This document shows, piece after piece, positions 1-8,807 of a stretch of 63,467 nucleotides of DNA (position 1 is its first letter; every line of letters begins with the position of its first letter). The translations under genes and the position numbers were made by a program. The notes beneath the pieces are model-generated. The model made no database searches, had not been told where the DNA came from, and saw only the letters and a program-made list of their open reading frames with translations. The stretch is from a virus (Duplodnaviria > Caudoviricetes), in the IMG/VR virus record IMGVR_UViG_3300037047_000283, positions 1-63,467 of that record. One strand, given 5' to 3'.

Positions 1-1485
1 ACTGGTGGTGGTGGCCGGGATGCGAACGGATTCCCCGGCGATTAAAATCGTGTAGCGGTCGGAGTGGGTACTGACCGGGGTTCCAGCGAAGACGTCATCG
101 ACCAATTCCTCGGTGAGCGTCACCGTCTTGTCGTTTACGGTTGCTACTTCCGCAAACACGTCCCCGGTGCTGATCGTGTCGGCGTTGGCACGGAAGACAA
201 TGATCTCTCCCGGCTGGATCGACCCCTCGTTTGTGCTGATCTCGATCGTTCTTCCTCCGGCATAAGCCGTGTCGAGGACGGTTCCGAAGTAGAGGGCTGG
301 CGAGTAGCGGTCCTCCTCTGTCTGGCCGATGTATGGGAAGGCCAGTCCATTGATAGCAACGACATCCTGCCAATTGGCCCCATTCTTTTCGGCTATCGTC
401 TGGATCGTGTCGCCATCGGTGATCGCCGCCAACTTGGCTGACAGAAAGACGGCTTCTTGCTGCCCGGCGAACAACGTCTCCTCCGGTATGGTCTCTGACG
501 ATATCTCGCTGTCGCCAAGGTCGGTCCCGGTCAGGATTTCCGGGGTCGTGCTTGCCGTTGCGGCGGCAGAGGCTTCCGGGGTGACGGTCTGCTCGACAAA
601 GAGACTTTCTTCCCCCTTTAGCGACAGCAATGCTCTTTCAACGTCACGAAGCCCCTGTGTGATCTCGTGTGGAATTTCCTTGAAGCTGGAGATAGCCTTG
701 GTGATCGCTTCGATGGAGTTAATCGTTGATACCACCAATGAGAAGGAGATATTAATGACTTTGGAAATTCCGTCGCGGAATGCAGTAACGGCAGTCGCTA
801 TCGCTTTTACAGCGGCCTCAACCTGCCTCATGACAGCGATAATCTTACCGATCACGCTCATGACCTTGGCGTAGGCGGCGAGCGCTTTTGTTAGCCAGCT
901 GGCCTTGGCTGCAACGACTGTGAAATTGAAGAAAATGCCGATCATCGCCTGTTCATCAATCGACGGCAGGATGCGACCAAGGACGGTCATGTCGAGGTCG
1001 TATTGGTACATCATGCGCCGCTGAACGTCTTTTTTCAGGGTGAACTGGTTGAGCTGAACGCGGAAATAATCTTTGTTGCAGTAGTCGTAGAAGTGCAGCA
1101 TCGGCTTCTGTGCGCCGAGTTTCTTCTCGTATTCATTCCCGTACATATCGTAGGCAGAGAACTGCGAATAGAAGTCGAGAAAGATCGCTTCCAGTTCGAG
1201 GAAGAGTTGAAACCCCGTCTTCTTGTCTCCTGCCAGATGGAAGCTGCCTGATCCGGGATATTTCGTTCCGCGCAAACCAAAGACACCGCTGATCTTGATC
1301 TTCGGCAGTCCGTAGCCGACGTTGTCCTCGAAGGCTCCCGCTTTGGTCATGGTAATGCTGGACCGCGTCGGACGCGACAGGCTGTAGGACTCCGGGTTGA
1401 TCGGGAGAACGTATTGATTCTCAATGGTCCCTTTGTCGTCCAAGACCTCGAACATGAACGGCAGCTTCTGTCTGCTGGTAGGCAT
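1..1485 (-). CDS. LysM-containing tail/baseplate initiator protein (partial, runs off window start)
   Basis: Not in the ORF track; I read an open frame from ATG 1485 (MPTSRQKLPFMFEVLDD...LPINPESYSLSRP) to base 1. It contains LysM-like GDTIQTIAEKNGANWQDVVAINGL and lies downstream of the spike gene. Confidence 0.75.
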   Translation of the reverse strand, partial: MPTSRQKLPFMFEVLDDKGTIENQYVLPINPESYSLSRPTRSSITMTKAGAFEDNVGYGLPKIKISGVFGLRGTKYPGSGSFHLAGDKKTGFQLFLELEAIFLDFYSQFSAYDMYGNEYEKKLGAQKPMLHFYDYCNKDYFRVQLNQFTLKKDVQRRMMYQYDLDMTVLGRILPSIDEQAMIGIFFNFTVVAAKASWLTKALAAYAKVMSVIGKIIAVMRQVEAAVKAIATAVTAFRDGISKVINISFSLVVSTINSIEAITKAISSFKEIPHEITQGLRDVERALLSLKGEESLFVEQTVTPEASAAATASTTPEILTGTDLGDSEISSETIPEETLFAGQQEAVFLSAKLAAITDGDTIQTIAEKNGANWQDVVAINGLAFPYIGQTEEDRYSPALYFGTVLDTAYAGGRTIEISTNEGSIQPGEIIVFRANADTISTGDVFAEVATVNDKTVTLTEELVDDVFAGTPVSTHSDRYTILIAGESVRIPATTTS

Positions 1486-1495
1486 GTGCTACTCC

Positions 1496-1717
1496 TTACG
1501 TGATGTTGCCGCTATGCTCGCCGTCCGGGGCGCCGCTGGTGGTGTTGACGACGGCGTTGGCGATAATGTAATCAACGATGGCCTTTGAATCGGCCAGAAG
1601 AAGGTCGCCACTGAGTGTTTCCACAGCGGCTGCGCTCGATCCCTGCGAGAAACCAGCCGTCACCGCGTCTCTGGCGGCCTCTCTGGCGGCCTTGAGTCCT
1701 GCCCCTGTCATTGCCAT
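1496..1717 (-). CDS. small baseplate-region hypothetical protein
   Basis: 73-aa ORF with SD (AGGAG), tightly packed in the tail operon. Confidence 0.6.
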   Translation of the reverse strand: MAMTGAGLKAAREAARDAVTAGFSQGSSAAAVETLSGDLLLADSKAIVDYIIANAVVNTTSGAPDGEHSGNIT

Positions 1718-1726
1718 GCCATTCTC

Positions 1727-2401
1727 CTATTTGCTTGCCTTGACGGTCGCTGAGACCATCGCATGCGGTTTTTTCGTGAACGGGCAGATGCAGTCGCCTT
1801 GTACGACGCCTTTGACACCTGCGCCCTTGGCTCCGTCGAGGTCAATCTTGTCACTGGTCCATGCCGTCTTGCCCTTGATCGTCACGGTGCATTTGCCGGC
1901 GGTTGTGGTGATCGTGACGTCACCGGTTTCGACCGTCACCATTTCATGGCCGTGGATGATCGTTGTGCGGTTGCCGTCCTTGTCGATCTCCTCGCTGGTG
2001 CCGCTGCGCTTGCGGTAGCTGCGGGTCTTCTTGGCGGCGGGGGTGTAGATGGTCGATTCAGCTCCGAGGTAGCCCATAACGAACGGGTCACGCAGGTTGC
2101 CGTTGAAGAATCCGACAGCGACAATGTCACCGTCCTCTGGCGTCCACTCTTCTCCGTTCTCTCGGTTCATCTTCTGGTAAAGGAGAGGAACGTTCATGAG
2201 GCAGGAGTTCGTCAGTCCGAGCTTGCGGTCGAATAGGCCGACGTGGACCAGCGTTCTTTTGAAGTCGCCAGCATCGAAGTGTTTGATTCCGTTCTTCATG
2301 ATGACGCCGCGTACCGGGGTGTTGGCAGAGTGTACCGCCTGCGTCACTCCTGCATTTTCGGTCATCATCATTTGCCGTCTGGCACCGTTGCGTTCCTGCA
2401 T
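1727..2401 (-). CDS. baseplate spike protein (gpV/gp5-like)
   Basis: OB-fold-like PEDGDIVAVGFFNG..PFVMG, beta-helix-like C-terminus, terminal C-x-C-x-F..H metal-tip motif. Confidence 0.7.
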   Translation of the reverse strand: MQERNGARRQMMMTENAGVTQAVHSANTPVRGVIMKNGIKHFDAGDFKRTLVHVGLFDRKLGLTNSCLMNVPLLYQKMNRENGEEWTPEDGDIVAVGFFNGNLRDPFVMGYLGAESTIYTPAAKKTRSYRKRSGTSEEIDKDGNRTTIIHGHEMVTVETGDVTITTTAGKCTVTIKGKTAWTSDKIDLDGAKGAGVKGVVQGDCICPFTKKPHAMVSATVKASK

Positions 2402-2412
2402 GGTCTGTTACC

Positions 2413-3780
2413 TCACGGGTCGTATTCTTGTGCCGTGTGCGCTTGTCCTCGCGTCAGGCCGAGGGCGGTCGTGTACGATGTCCCGTTCATGTTGATCTGG
2501 TAGCTGTGTGTCACTTGCTCGACGAAGTATTCCATGTCGTTGTCCAGCAGCGCTCCGTCACCGCATTTGAACCACGGCATGCCGTGAACGGTGATATTCC
2601 CGCTTTCGAGCGTGTGGTTGTTCTTGACCCGGTTCCAGAGGATTTCGGCTCTGGCTTTGATCTCGTTGACCTCGGAGCCGTTCGGCATCGGCCCTTCTGC
2701 GCTCACGACGGGCGGAGCGAAGCTGGGGATGTTGACTTCCCAAGGGATAAATCCGTGAACCTTGATCTTCTCCAGCGGATCGTTCTGTATCCCGTGGATG
2801 AAGGACATTGCCTGCCCTGCCCCTCCTTCGCCAAAGAGGATGAAGTTGGGCGCTTTCAAGTAAAGGTAGTTGATCCTTTCGTTGTCGGCGATACCGAGGT
2901 CTTCGTTGACGATCAACTGGTCTGGGATGGCGTACATCCGGCCTCTCCCTTTGGGGTCGGCTGGTATCCCCGGCTGCACCTTGTACCCGCTGCGCTTCTC
3001 TGCCGGTCTCGCAGTGGTCAGGGTGAGCTTCCCTGATTTGTCGTCGAAGGGATATTTTTCGAGGATAACGTAGAACCGGTCGCCGTAGGTCTCCGTCGTC
3101 AGGACGTTGAAGGGTTCGTTGGACAGCGTCTTCATCGCGTTCCAGACACTGCCAGTCGTTTCGAGCACGGGGAAGTCGTAGGTGGCCCATTGATCGATGG
3201 CCACGTCAGGAAACCAGACGTCGCAGTAATCCTTGGGGAGCGTCAGCTGGTCTTTGAAGAGCACCGAGTGTATCCCCGAAACGAGTTCTTGCGGCTTACC
3301 AGAAAAGGGAAGTCCCTTTTGCGCTCTAAAGACCCACTCTGTGCCCTCCCCTCCTTTGACGTTTCCACTCTCGGTGTCCTGTAGCGGCGTGACGTCGACG
3401 ATGCAGTTGTGTTTAGTGAGAAGCTTTCCGAAGTCCATGCCGTTGATGCGGCAGCGAAACTGTGGCCGGCCCTCTCCGTCGTAACTCCGGATTCTCCCGA
3501 CGCGATCCACGAGGCCGACCATGACCGGCAACATCCCGGTGCCGTCTCCGGCGTCGAGTGATATCAATATGATGTCATCGGGCTTGACAACTTCGTCGTA
3601 TCGTTTATCAGCTATGAAGGGTTTAAATGTTGTGGTAAGTTGGAATCCGCCTGCAGCTCTGGCGTAGGCTTTGTTGGTGCTGATCGAGACGACGTCATTG
3701 CTGATGTCTTCGTCGGCATAGTTATTGTCGGCCCGGCGGAGGATGACTTTGTGGTCGGGTCTGAATGTTTGGTTGATCAT
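2413..3780 (-). CDS. baseplate hub / late-control-D-like tail protein
   Basis: 455 aa between tape measure and spike; C-terminal GNITVHG...YFVEQVTHSY...YTTALGLTRG is typical of hub proteins. Confidence 0.7.
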   Translation of the reverse strand: MINQTFRPDHKVILRRADNNYADEDISNDVVSISTNKAYARAAGGFQLTTTFKPFIADKRYDEVVKPDDIILISLDAGDGTGMLPVMVGLVDRVGRIRSYDGEGRPQFRCRINGMDFGKLLTKHNCIVDVTPLQDTESGNVKGGEGTEWVFRAQKGLPFSGKPQELVSGIHSVLFKDQLTLPKDYCDVWFPDVAIDQWATYDFPVLETTGSVWNAMKTLSNEPFNVLTTETYGDRFYVILEKYPFDDKSGKLTLTTARPAEKRSGYKVQPGIPADPKGRGRMYAIPDQLIVNEDLGIADNERINYLYLKAPNFILFGEGGAGQAMSFIHGIQNDPLEKIKVHGFIPWEVNIPSFAPPVVSAEGPMPNGSEVNEIKARAEILWNRVKNNHTLESGNITVHGMPWFKCGDGALLDNDMEYFVEQVTHSYQINMNGTSYTTALGLTRGQAHTAQEYDP

Positions 3781-3801
3781 TTCTTCTCCGGGGAGGTTGT
3801 T

Positions 3802-4170
3802 ATGCGTTTATTCTGCGTTCTTTGTGCGTTTCTTCTGGCTGCGTCGGTTGCGGTTGCTGCGGAGCCTGTCGCTGGTGAATATGTTATGTCGAGTCAGGTT
3901 GTTGATGGCAATGCCCCTGTCGCCGTCAGATTAACAAGTGTTCCCGGCATATACTTCTGGTATATGCCCGGTCTTGGTAAGGGCACCGCCTCTATTAAGA
4001 AAAAATGCGTTTTAGTTAAATTTAATACTGAGTCGTTTTCTGTCTGTGAAGATGCTTCTGGTGAACTTAATTACAAAGACAACAAAAACTCTCTTCCCTT
4101 AATTCGCGGGCAAGTGGCAGCCGATATGTATTATGCGACAATGGAAATTGACCGATTTATACTGAAATAA
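3802..4170 (+). CDS. exported hypothetical protein (moron-like, opposite strand)
   Basis: SD GGAGG then ATG 3802; signal-peptide-like MRLFCVLCAFLLAASVAVAA; visibly more AT-rich than neighbours. Confidence 0.65.
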   Translation: MRLFCVLCAFLLAASVAVAAEPVAGEYVMSSQVVDGNAPVAVRLTSVPGIYFWYMPGLGKGTASIKKKCVLVKFNTESFSVCEDASGELNYKDNKNSLPLIRGQVAADMYYATMEIDRFILK

Positions 4171-6363
4171 TCACCGGTCTGGCAGTGCAAGTGTTGACCC
4201 ATTGTGCGTCTTGTTAATGGTGGTAATAAGGTCGTCCATTTTCGATATTAGGCTGGCGATCATAGACAATATCCCTATCTCCGGCTTTCTCTCTGGGTCA
4301 AAAGCTGGGCTTGTTCTTCCTCTTACGAATTGATCCTCTCCCCTTCTTTTCAACTCTTGGTTCATCATGTAGTAGGCTTCGCTCTTCGTGTCACCCATCA
4401 CCTCTTGCTTCGAATATTGGTCCTTAAGCCTCGGAGTCTCCCAGACGCTCAAGCTATTTTCATTTAGTTTTCGGGCGCCAGTCATCGCAGCATCGGCTAT
4501 GATGGCGGCTCCTCCAGCGGGTAGCAGGGACAGTGCTGATCCAGCTATGCTTGCCCCTGTTGCACCTGCAGCCGCAGCGGCAGGCTTTCCGCCCGGCAGA
4601 TCAACATCGACATCTGGAAGGAGTGATTTTATTCCTCCCGCGAGACCTAGTCCGCCCATGATTAATCCGAGAGGATTGTCTGTCAGGAACCTTGATCCAG
4701 CCTTTATCGGCTCGCCACCTTTGAGCAGGTGAATGCTGTCGATCAATGCCTCTTTGAACTTGTCCGTTAGCGGTAAAAGCATGTCCCCGACTTCGGTCTT
4801 TGCTTCATCCATCTTGGCGTTGGTGCGCCGATGCAGAGAGCTATCCCCTGTCGCCAGCGCTCCCTCGGTCGTGCTGAATGCTGCGGACCATTTCTCCGGG
4901 TCATTCACCATCGCTTCGATGCCGCCGTATTTTGTTGAGGCGTCTTGTAGCGTCTTGGCGAAGGCCCGCGATTGCGTGACGGTCATGCTTCCGTTCGATA
5001 AGCCGTGAATCTGCGCCGCGATGGAGTCGCTGTCCGTCCCTAGTCCGCTGTCGGACATTCTCTTGATGACGTCGCGGATGTTGCGCGAGGAAGCTCCTTC
5101 TTCCATGCGCTCTTTGATGTCGAGGTAGCCGCCGAGACCTTTGGCGTCTTGCCCACCGAATGCATTCCACATGAAGAGCTGTTGGCCCTTCGACGAACCG
5201 CCGGACGCAATAGAGTTATTAAGGCCGCTGATGATTCCTGAGTTCTGCCCGACTCCTCCCTGCGACCACAGCTTTCCCTGCAGTGCAGCGATGAAGTCTG
5301 AGGTCTCTTTTCCAACACCGGCACCGCCAGACGATCCTGATACTTGCGTCAGGATTTGCTGGTTGACCTTCATGTACTCTTCGATGCGCCCGCTCTCGAC
5401 TGTCCCCTTGTCGGAAGCGATGGTCTTGATTGCCCGCATGTAGGACTTGTATTCGTCCGCGTTCATGCCGGTGGCGGTCTTCGTCCCCCCCATGAAGCTT
5501 GCTGCGGCTTCTCCCTCGATGCCGAAGGTGCGGGCGAACTGCATAGACGTCGTGGTCCCGGTCTGAGCGTTCTTTCCTTCCCACCCTGTGCGTCGACTCA
5601 GGGAGTCGGCCAGCATCGCTTCTTCGACGGGACTGAACCCTAAACCAGTCGCGCCGCCGAAGCCGTAGTTGGCCCCTCTTTTGCTGAGGTCTGTTCTGGC
5701 GACGTCCATTGCCCCAGACTTCGCCATCGAGTCTTGCAGGAATGACATAATCGAGAAACCACCAAGAAGCGCAGCTCCGTAGCCGAGCGCCTTCTTGATG
5801 CCAAGGCCACTACGGGGTTGCTGCTTTTCCATCCCTGAGTTCTGGACGTCGGTGGTGTATTCGTTGAATTCCCCTTGGAACTGGTCTTCTTGGCCTTCGA
5901 GCTGTCCGTAGCGCTTCTGTTGCTGCTTTAGCCGGCGCTGGACCTGCCTCCTCTTGGCTTCGATCTTGGACCGCTCTTGCGGGGAGTCGCTGTTGTATTC
6001 CTGCTGGTCGAGGGTCTTGATCTCCCCCTTCAGCTTTGTGATCTCTTGTCGAACCTTTCCGACCTGTGCTGCGAAGTCAGCCATGTTCTTGCCGAGCTTG
6101 GCGGAGATGGTTGCGGCCTCCTGAAACTGTTTTGCGTTCAGGAGGCCTCCCTGCTTGTCACTGGAGAAGGCGATGCCCTTGAGCCGGTTGATATCATCGG
6201 ACAACCGCTTGACGAGAACAGAGGTTTCCTTGAGTCCGGTCTTTCCGGCCAGTTCGACCGGTTCGCCAAGGTGTTGCAGCGCGTCCTTGGTCTTCTCTAT
6301 GGAAACCTTGGCGGCTGCGACCTGTCTTGCGTCAACATTTATTCCGATGCCAATTCCGGCCAT
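4171..6363 (-). CDS. tail tape measure protein
   Basis: 730 aa, Ala/Gly-rich and coiled-coil, directly after the tail chaperones. Confidence 0.8.
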   Translation of the reverse strand: MAGIGIGINVDARQVAAAKVSIEKTKDALQHLGEPVELAGKTGLKETSVLVKRLSDDINRLKGIAFSSDKQGGLLNAKQFQEAATISAKLGKNMADFAAQVGKVRQEITKLKGEIKTLDQQEYNSDSPQERSKIEAKRRQVQRRLKQQQKRYGQLEGQEDQFQGEFNEYTTDVQNSGMEKQQPRSGLGIKKALGYGAALLGGFSIMSFLQDSMAKSGAMDVARTDLSKRGANYGFGGATGLGFSPVEEAMLADSLSRRTGWEGKNAQTGTTTSMQFARTFGIEGEAAASFMGGTKTATGMNADEYKSYMRAIKTIASDKGTVESGRIEEYMKVNQQILTQVSGSSGGAGVGKETSDFIAALQGKLWSQGGVGQNSGIISGLNNSIASGGSSKGQQLFMWNAFGGQDAKGLGGYLDIKERMEEGASSRNIRDVIKRMSDSGLGTDSDSIAAQIHGLSNGSMTVTQSRAFAKTLQDASTKYGGIEAMVNDPEKWSAAFSTTEGALATGDSSLHRRTNAKMDEAKTEVGDMLLPLTDKFKEALIDSIHLLKGGEPIKAGSRFLTDNPLGLIMGGLGLAGGIKSLLPDVDVDLPGGKPAAAAAGATGASIAGSALSLLPAGGAAIIADAAMTGARKLNENSLSVWETPRLKDQYSKQEVMGDTKSEAYYMMNQELKRRGEDQFVRGRTSPAFDPERKPEIGILSMIASLISKMDDLITTINKTHNGSTLALPDR

Positions 6364-6366
6364 GCT

Positions 6367-6732
6367 CTATTCTCCGTAGCCGGGGATGATCCCGACCGTT
6401 TCGTGCTGAGTGTGCGGCTTGAAGATCGCGTTCAGGTCCAGCTCTTCGCCGGCCTCCATCCGCTCCATGATCTCGTCCGCCAGCTGATCCCCGGTGATCA
6501 TCATGCCGCATTCCGGACACTGCTGACGGTGCGTGTCGAGCTGGCATTTCGGGCAGGTCTTCTTCTTCTCGCCCTGCTCGATCATCTCCATCTCGTATTC
6601 CAGCATGATCTCTTCGTCGGTCATGTCGAGGAATCGCGGGTCAGTCGGAGGCAGGTTATATTTCCGACGAAACCACGCTCGCAGTCCCCGGTGCTGCTCC
6701 TGCGCTGTCGCTGCCAGCTGTCGCGGGTCGAA
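6367..6732 (-). CDS. tail assembly chaperone, second (frameshift) segment
   Basis: RAWFRRKYNLPPTDPRFLDMT motif plus CxxC..CxxC; overlaps the upstream chaperone in the +1 frame. Confidence 0.6.
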   Translation of the reverse strand, partial: FDPRQLAATAQEQHRGLRAWFRRKYNLPPTDPRFLDMTDEEIMLEYEMEMIEQGEKKKTCPKCQLDTHRQQCPECGMMITGDQLADEIMERMEAGEELDLNAIFKPHTQHETVGIIPGYGE

Positions 6733-7075
6733 AGGTGTCGAGGAAGGTCTGGACCTCTTGCCAGACCGCCAGCACGGCGTTTTCGTCGGTTTCGTCGAAC
6801 AGCTTGGCAAGGTCGAACCATGCCGGGACTTTGCCGTCGGTGACGTGCGTGACGAAGACGACGATGTACGACAGCAGGCGCAGTCCTTCGCCGATCTGGT
6901 CCGCATCGACGCGGCCAAAGGCGTTATTTTGGGCAGCATCCTTGAGCGCGATGGTCCGCTTGTCGGCGATGCTGGGCCGGCGGACCGCGAAGGTGCCGGC
7001 GTACTTGGCGCCGAACGGTAGCTTCGTGATGCTGTTGATCTTTGTCTCGATGCTGAACGACGTGGCGTTGCTCAT
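6656..7075 (-). CDS. tail assembly chaperone
   Basis: 139 aa between tube and tape measure genes; SD AGGAGG. Confidence 0.7.
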   Translation of the reverse strand: MSNATSFSIETKINSITKLPFGAKYAGTFAVRRPSIADKRTIALKDAAQNNAFGRVDADQIGEGLRLLSYIVVFVTHVTDGKVPAWFDLAKLFDETDENAVLAVWQEVQTFLDTFRPATAGSDSAGAAPGTASVVSSEI

Positions 7076-7165
7076 TGAATCCTCCTGAGTGGTTTCGGGT
7101 GGTCGTTACCTATGTCAAATATTCTAGCCGTTGCGAGGCGCAGGGGCAAAGTTTTTGCTGTTGCC

Positions 7166-7201
7166 AAAAAAGGCCCGGCCAATACTGACCGGGCCTTTTT
7201 T
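7166..7201. terminator. bidirectional intrinsic terminator
   Basis: AAAAAAGGCCCGG-loop-CCGGGCCTTTTTT downstream of the tube gene. Confidence 0.8.
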
Positions 7202-7225
7202 CTCATTGTGTGCTACGGGAATGGC

Positions 7226-7630
7226 CTACCCCATTTTTTTGCGTGCCTTCACCGAAAAGGATTCCGATGTGATTGTGTGCTTGCCGTAGCTGCGGCTGTG
7301 CGTTGCGAACTTGCAGCCGGTGTACTGCTCCAGCGTCTGAAAGGTGACGTTGTCCTGAATCTCGATCTCGAATTCCGGAGCGGTCAGCCAGTCTCCGTCT
7401 GCCGGGACGAAGCCGAGCTGCTTCAGGCTCTTGCCGCTGACCATGTAGCGGCTGCCGTTGATGTTGTGAGTGAATTTGCCGGGGACGAACTCTTGCGTCT
7501 CCGGGGAGCCGAGCGCGTCGACATCCTGCAATCCAAAGTCATCGCTGACTTCGACGTTCTGGGCAAGGCCGATCACTTCTCCGCCGATCTTGAAGAGTGC
7601 CCGGTTGCCCGTCATGGTATTGAGTCCCAT
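7226..7630 (-). CDS. tail tube protein
   Basis: 134 aa (TGNRALFKIGGEVIGLAQNVEVSDDFG) following the sheath gene. Confidence 0.8.
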   Translation of the reverse strand: MGLNTMTGNRALFKIGGEVIGLAQNVEVSDDFGLQDVDALGSPETQEFVPGKFTHNINGSRYMVSGKSLKQLGFVPADGDWLTAPEFEIEIQDNVTFQTLEQYTGCKFATHSRSYGKHTITSESFSVKARKKMG

Positions 7631-7721
7631 GATGAATCTCCTTTTCTGGTTGTGGTAATAAAGTACCTAACTATACGATTTCGTGGTATGTTTTAAAGGA
7701 AAACCCATACTTGGAGCTTAT

Positions 7722-8807
7722 ATGAAGACATCTGCCAAATACAAGAATTTTGCCTTTCTGATTTCCGAATACCAGCGAGGGGTGTCGGCCTTTTCTCTGT
7801 CGAAGACCCACCATATCGCCGGGAAGACTTTACTGAAAATCTTTCGGGAGAACGGTGTTGCTATCCGTGGTCTTGGTGATGCGATCCGTTCCTCTCCTGT
7901 TCATTCTGGCAACAACCGCTGGACGGGGAGGAAGCTGTCCTCGGATCAATGGTATTCCCTTATCGACGATCACAAGGCTGGTATGGGGATAGTTGCCTTG
8001 TCGGAGAAGTATTCTCTGGCTGGGACCGCTGTTCGCAAGCTGCTGAAAGGCGAAAATGCTTTTCGTCCGCCTGCGTATTTTTCATATACTCTCGACGAAT
8101 CCTTCTTTGAGGTTATTGACACCGCAGCGAAAGCGTACTGGCTTGGGTTTATCTTTGCCGATGGCTGCGTCATCGCGGGTCGCAGTCCTTCTGTTCGCTT
8201 GACGCTAAAAGCCTCGGACTCTGAACATTTGGAACTTTTTTCCCTTCATATCGGAAGCAATCGAAACATTAAAATTTCCGACAACTTTTACAAGCATAAT
8301 GGAGTGCTTCTGAAGACGAAAAAGGCAGAAGTAGATATCCGATCACAAAAAATGTTTAATGACCTCTGCCGTCTTGGTTGTCTGCCGAGAAAAACTTATC
8401 TTGATTCTTGCGTCCCGTCTAAAATTCCAGATCATCTTTTCCCCGATTTTGTTCGTGGATATTTTGATGGTGATGGGTGCATCAATTTCCATTGTCGAAA
8501 GAATAGAGACGGTTACATTGATTCAACATGGTCTGTCGTTGGGACACCCAATTTCTTGTCAGGGATTAATGCTGTTTTAACTAGATGTCTTGGCTTTAAA
8601 ATTTCGAATCTTGCAAAACTCAATGGATGTTATCGTTTGGCATTTTCTGGTCCAAATCATGTCCTTGCACTCTATGACTTCTTATATCCGAACGATTCCG
8701 TTTTGCGCCTACAAAGGAAGTTTGACACTTTTTCATCTGGTGTGGCTGCTATCTTAAATCAGGGGGACCGGAGAGCCCGGTCCCCCTTTCCGAAAGCTAG
8801 AGACTAA
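7722..8807 (+). CDS. free-standing LAGLIDADG homing endonuclease
   Basis: Two motifs AYWLGFIFADGC and DFVRGYFDGDGC, N-terminal HTH-like repeats, AT-rich, antisense to the operon. Confidence 0.85.
   Translation: MKTSAKYKNFAFLISEYQRGVSAFSLSKTHHIAGKTLLKIFRENGVAIRGLGDAIRSSPVHSGNNRWTGRKLSSDQWYSLIDDHKAGMGIVALSEKYSLAGTAVRKLLKGENAFRPPAYFSYTLDESFFEVIDTAAKAYWLGFIFADGCVIAGRSPSVRLTLKASDSEHLELFSLHIGSNRNIKISDNFYKHNGVLLKTKKAEVDIRSQKMFNDLCRLGCLPRKTYLDSCVPSKIPDHLFPDFVRGYFDGDGCINFHCRKNRDGYIDSTWSVVGTPNFLSGINAVLTRCLGFKISNLAKLNGCYRLAFSGPNHVLALYDFLYPNDSVLRLQRKFDTFSSGVAAILNQGDRRARSPFPKARD

Noticed and set aside
7722-8807. Group I intron
   Set aside because: Sheath and tube ORFs are both intact, there is no room for a ribozyme core, and the nuclease is antisense
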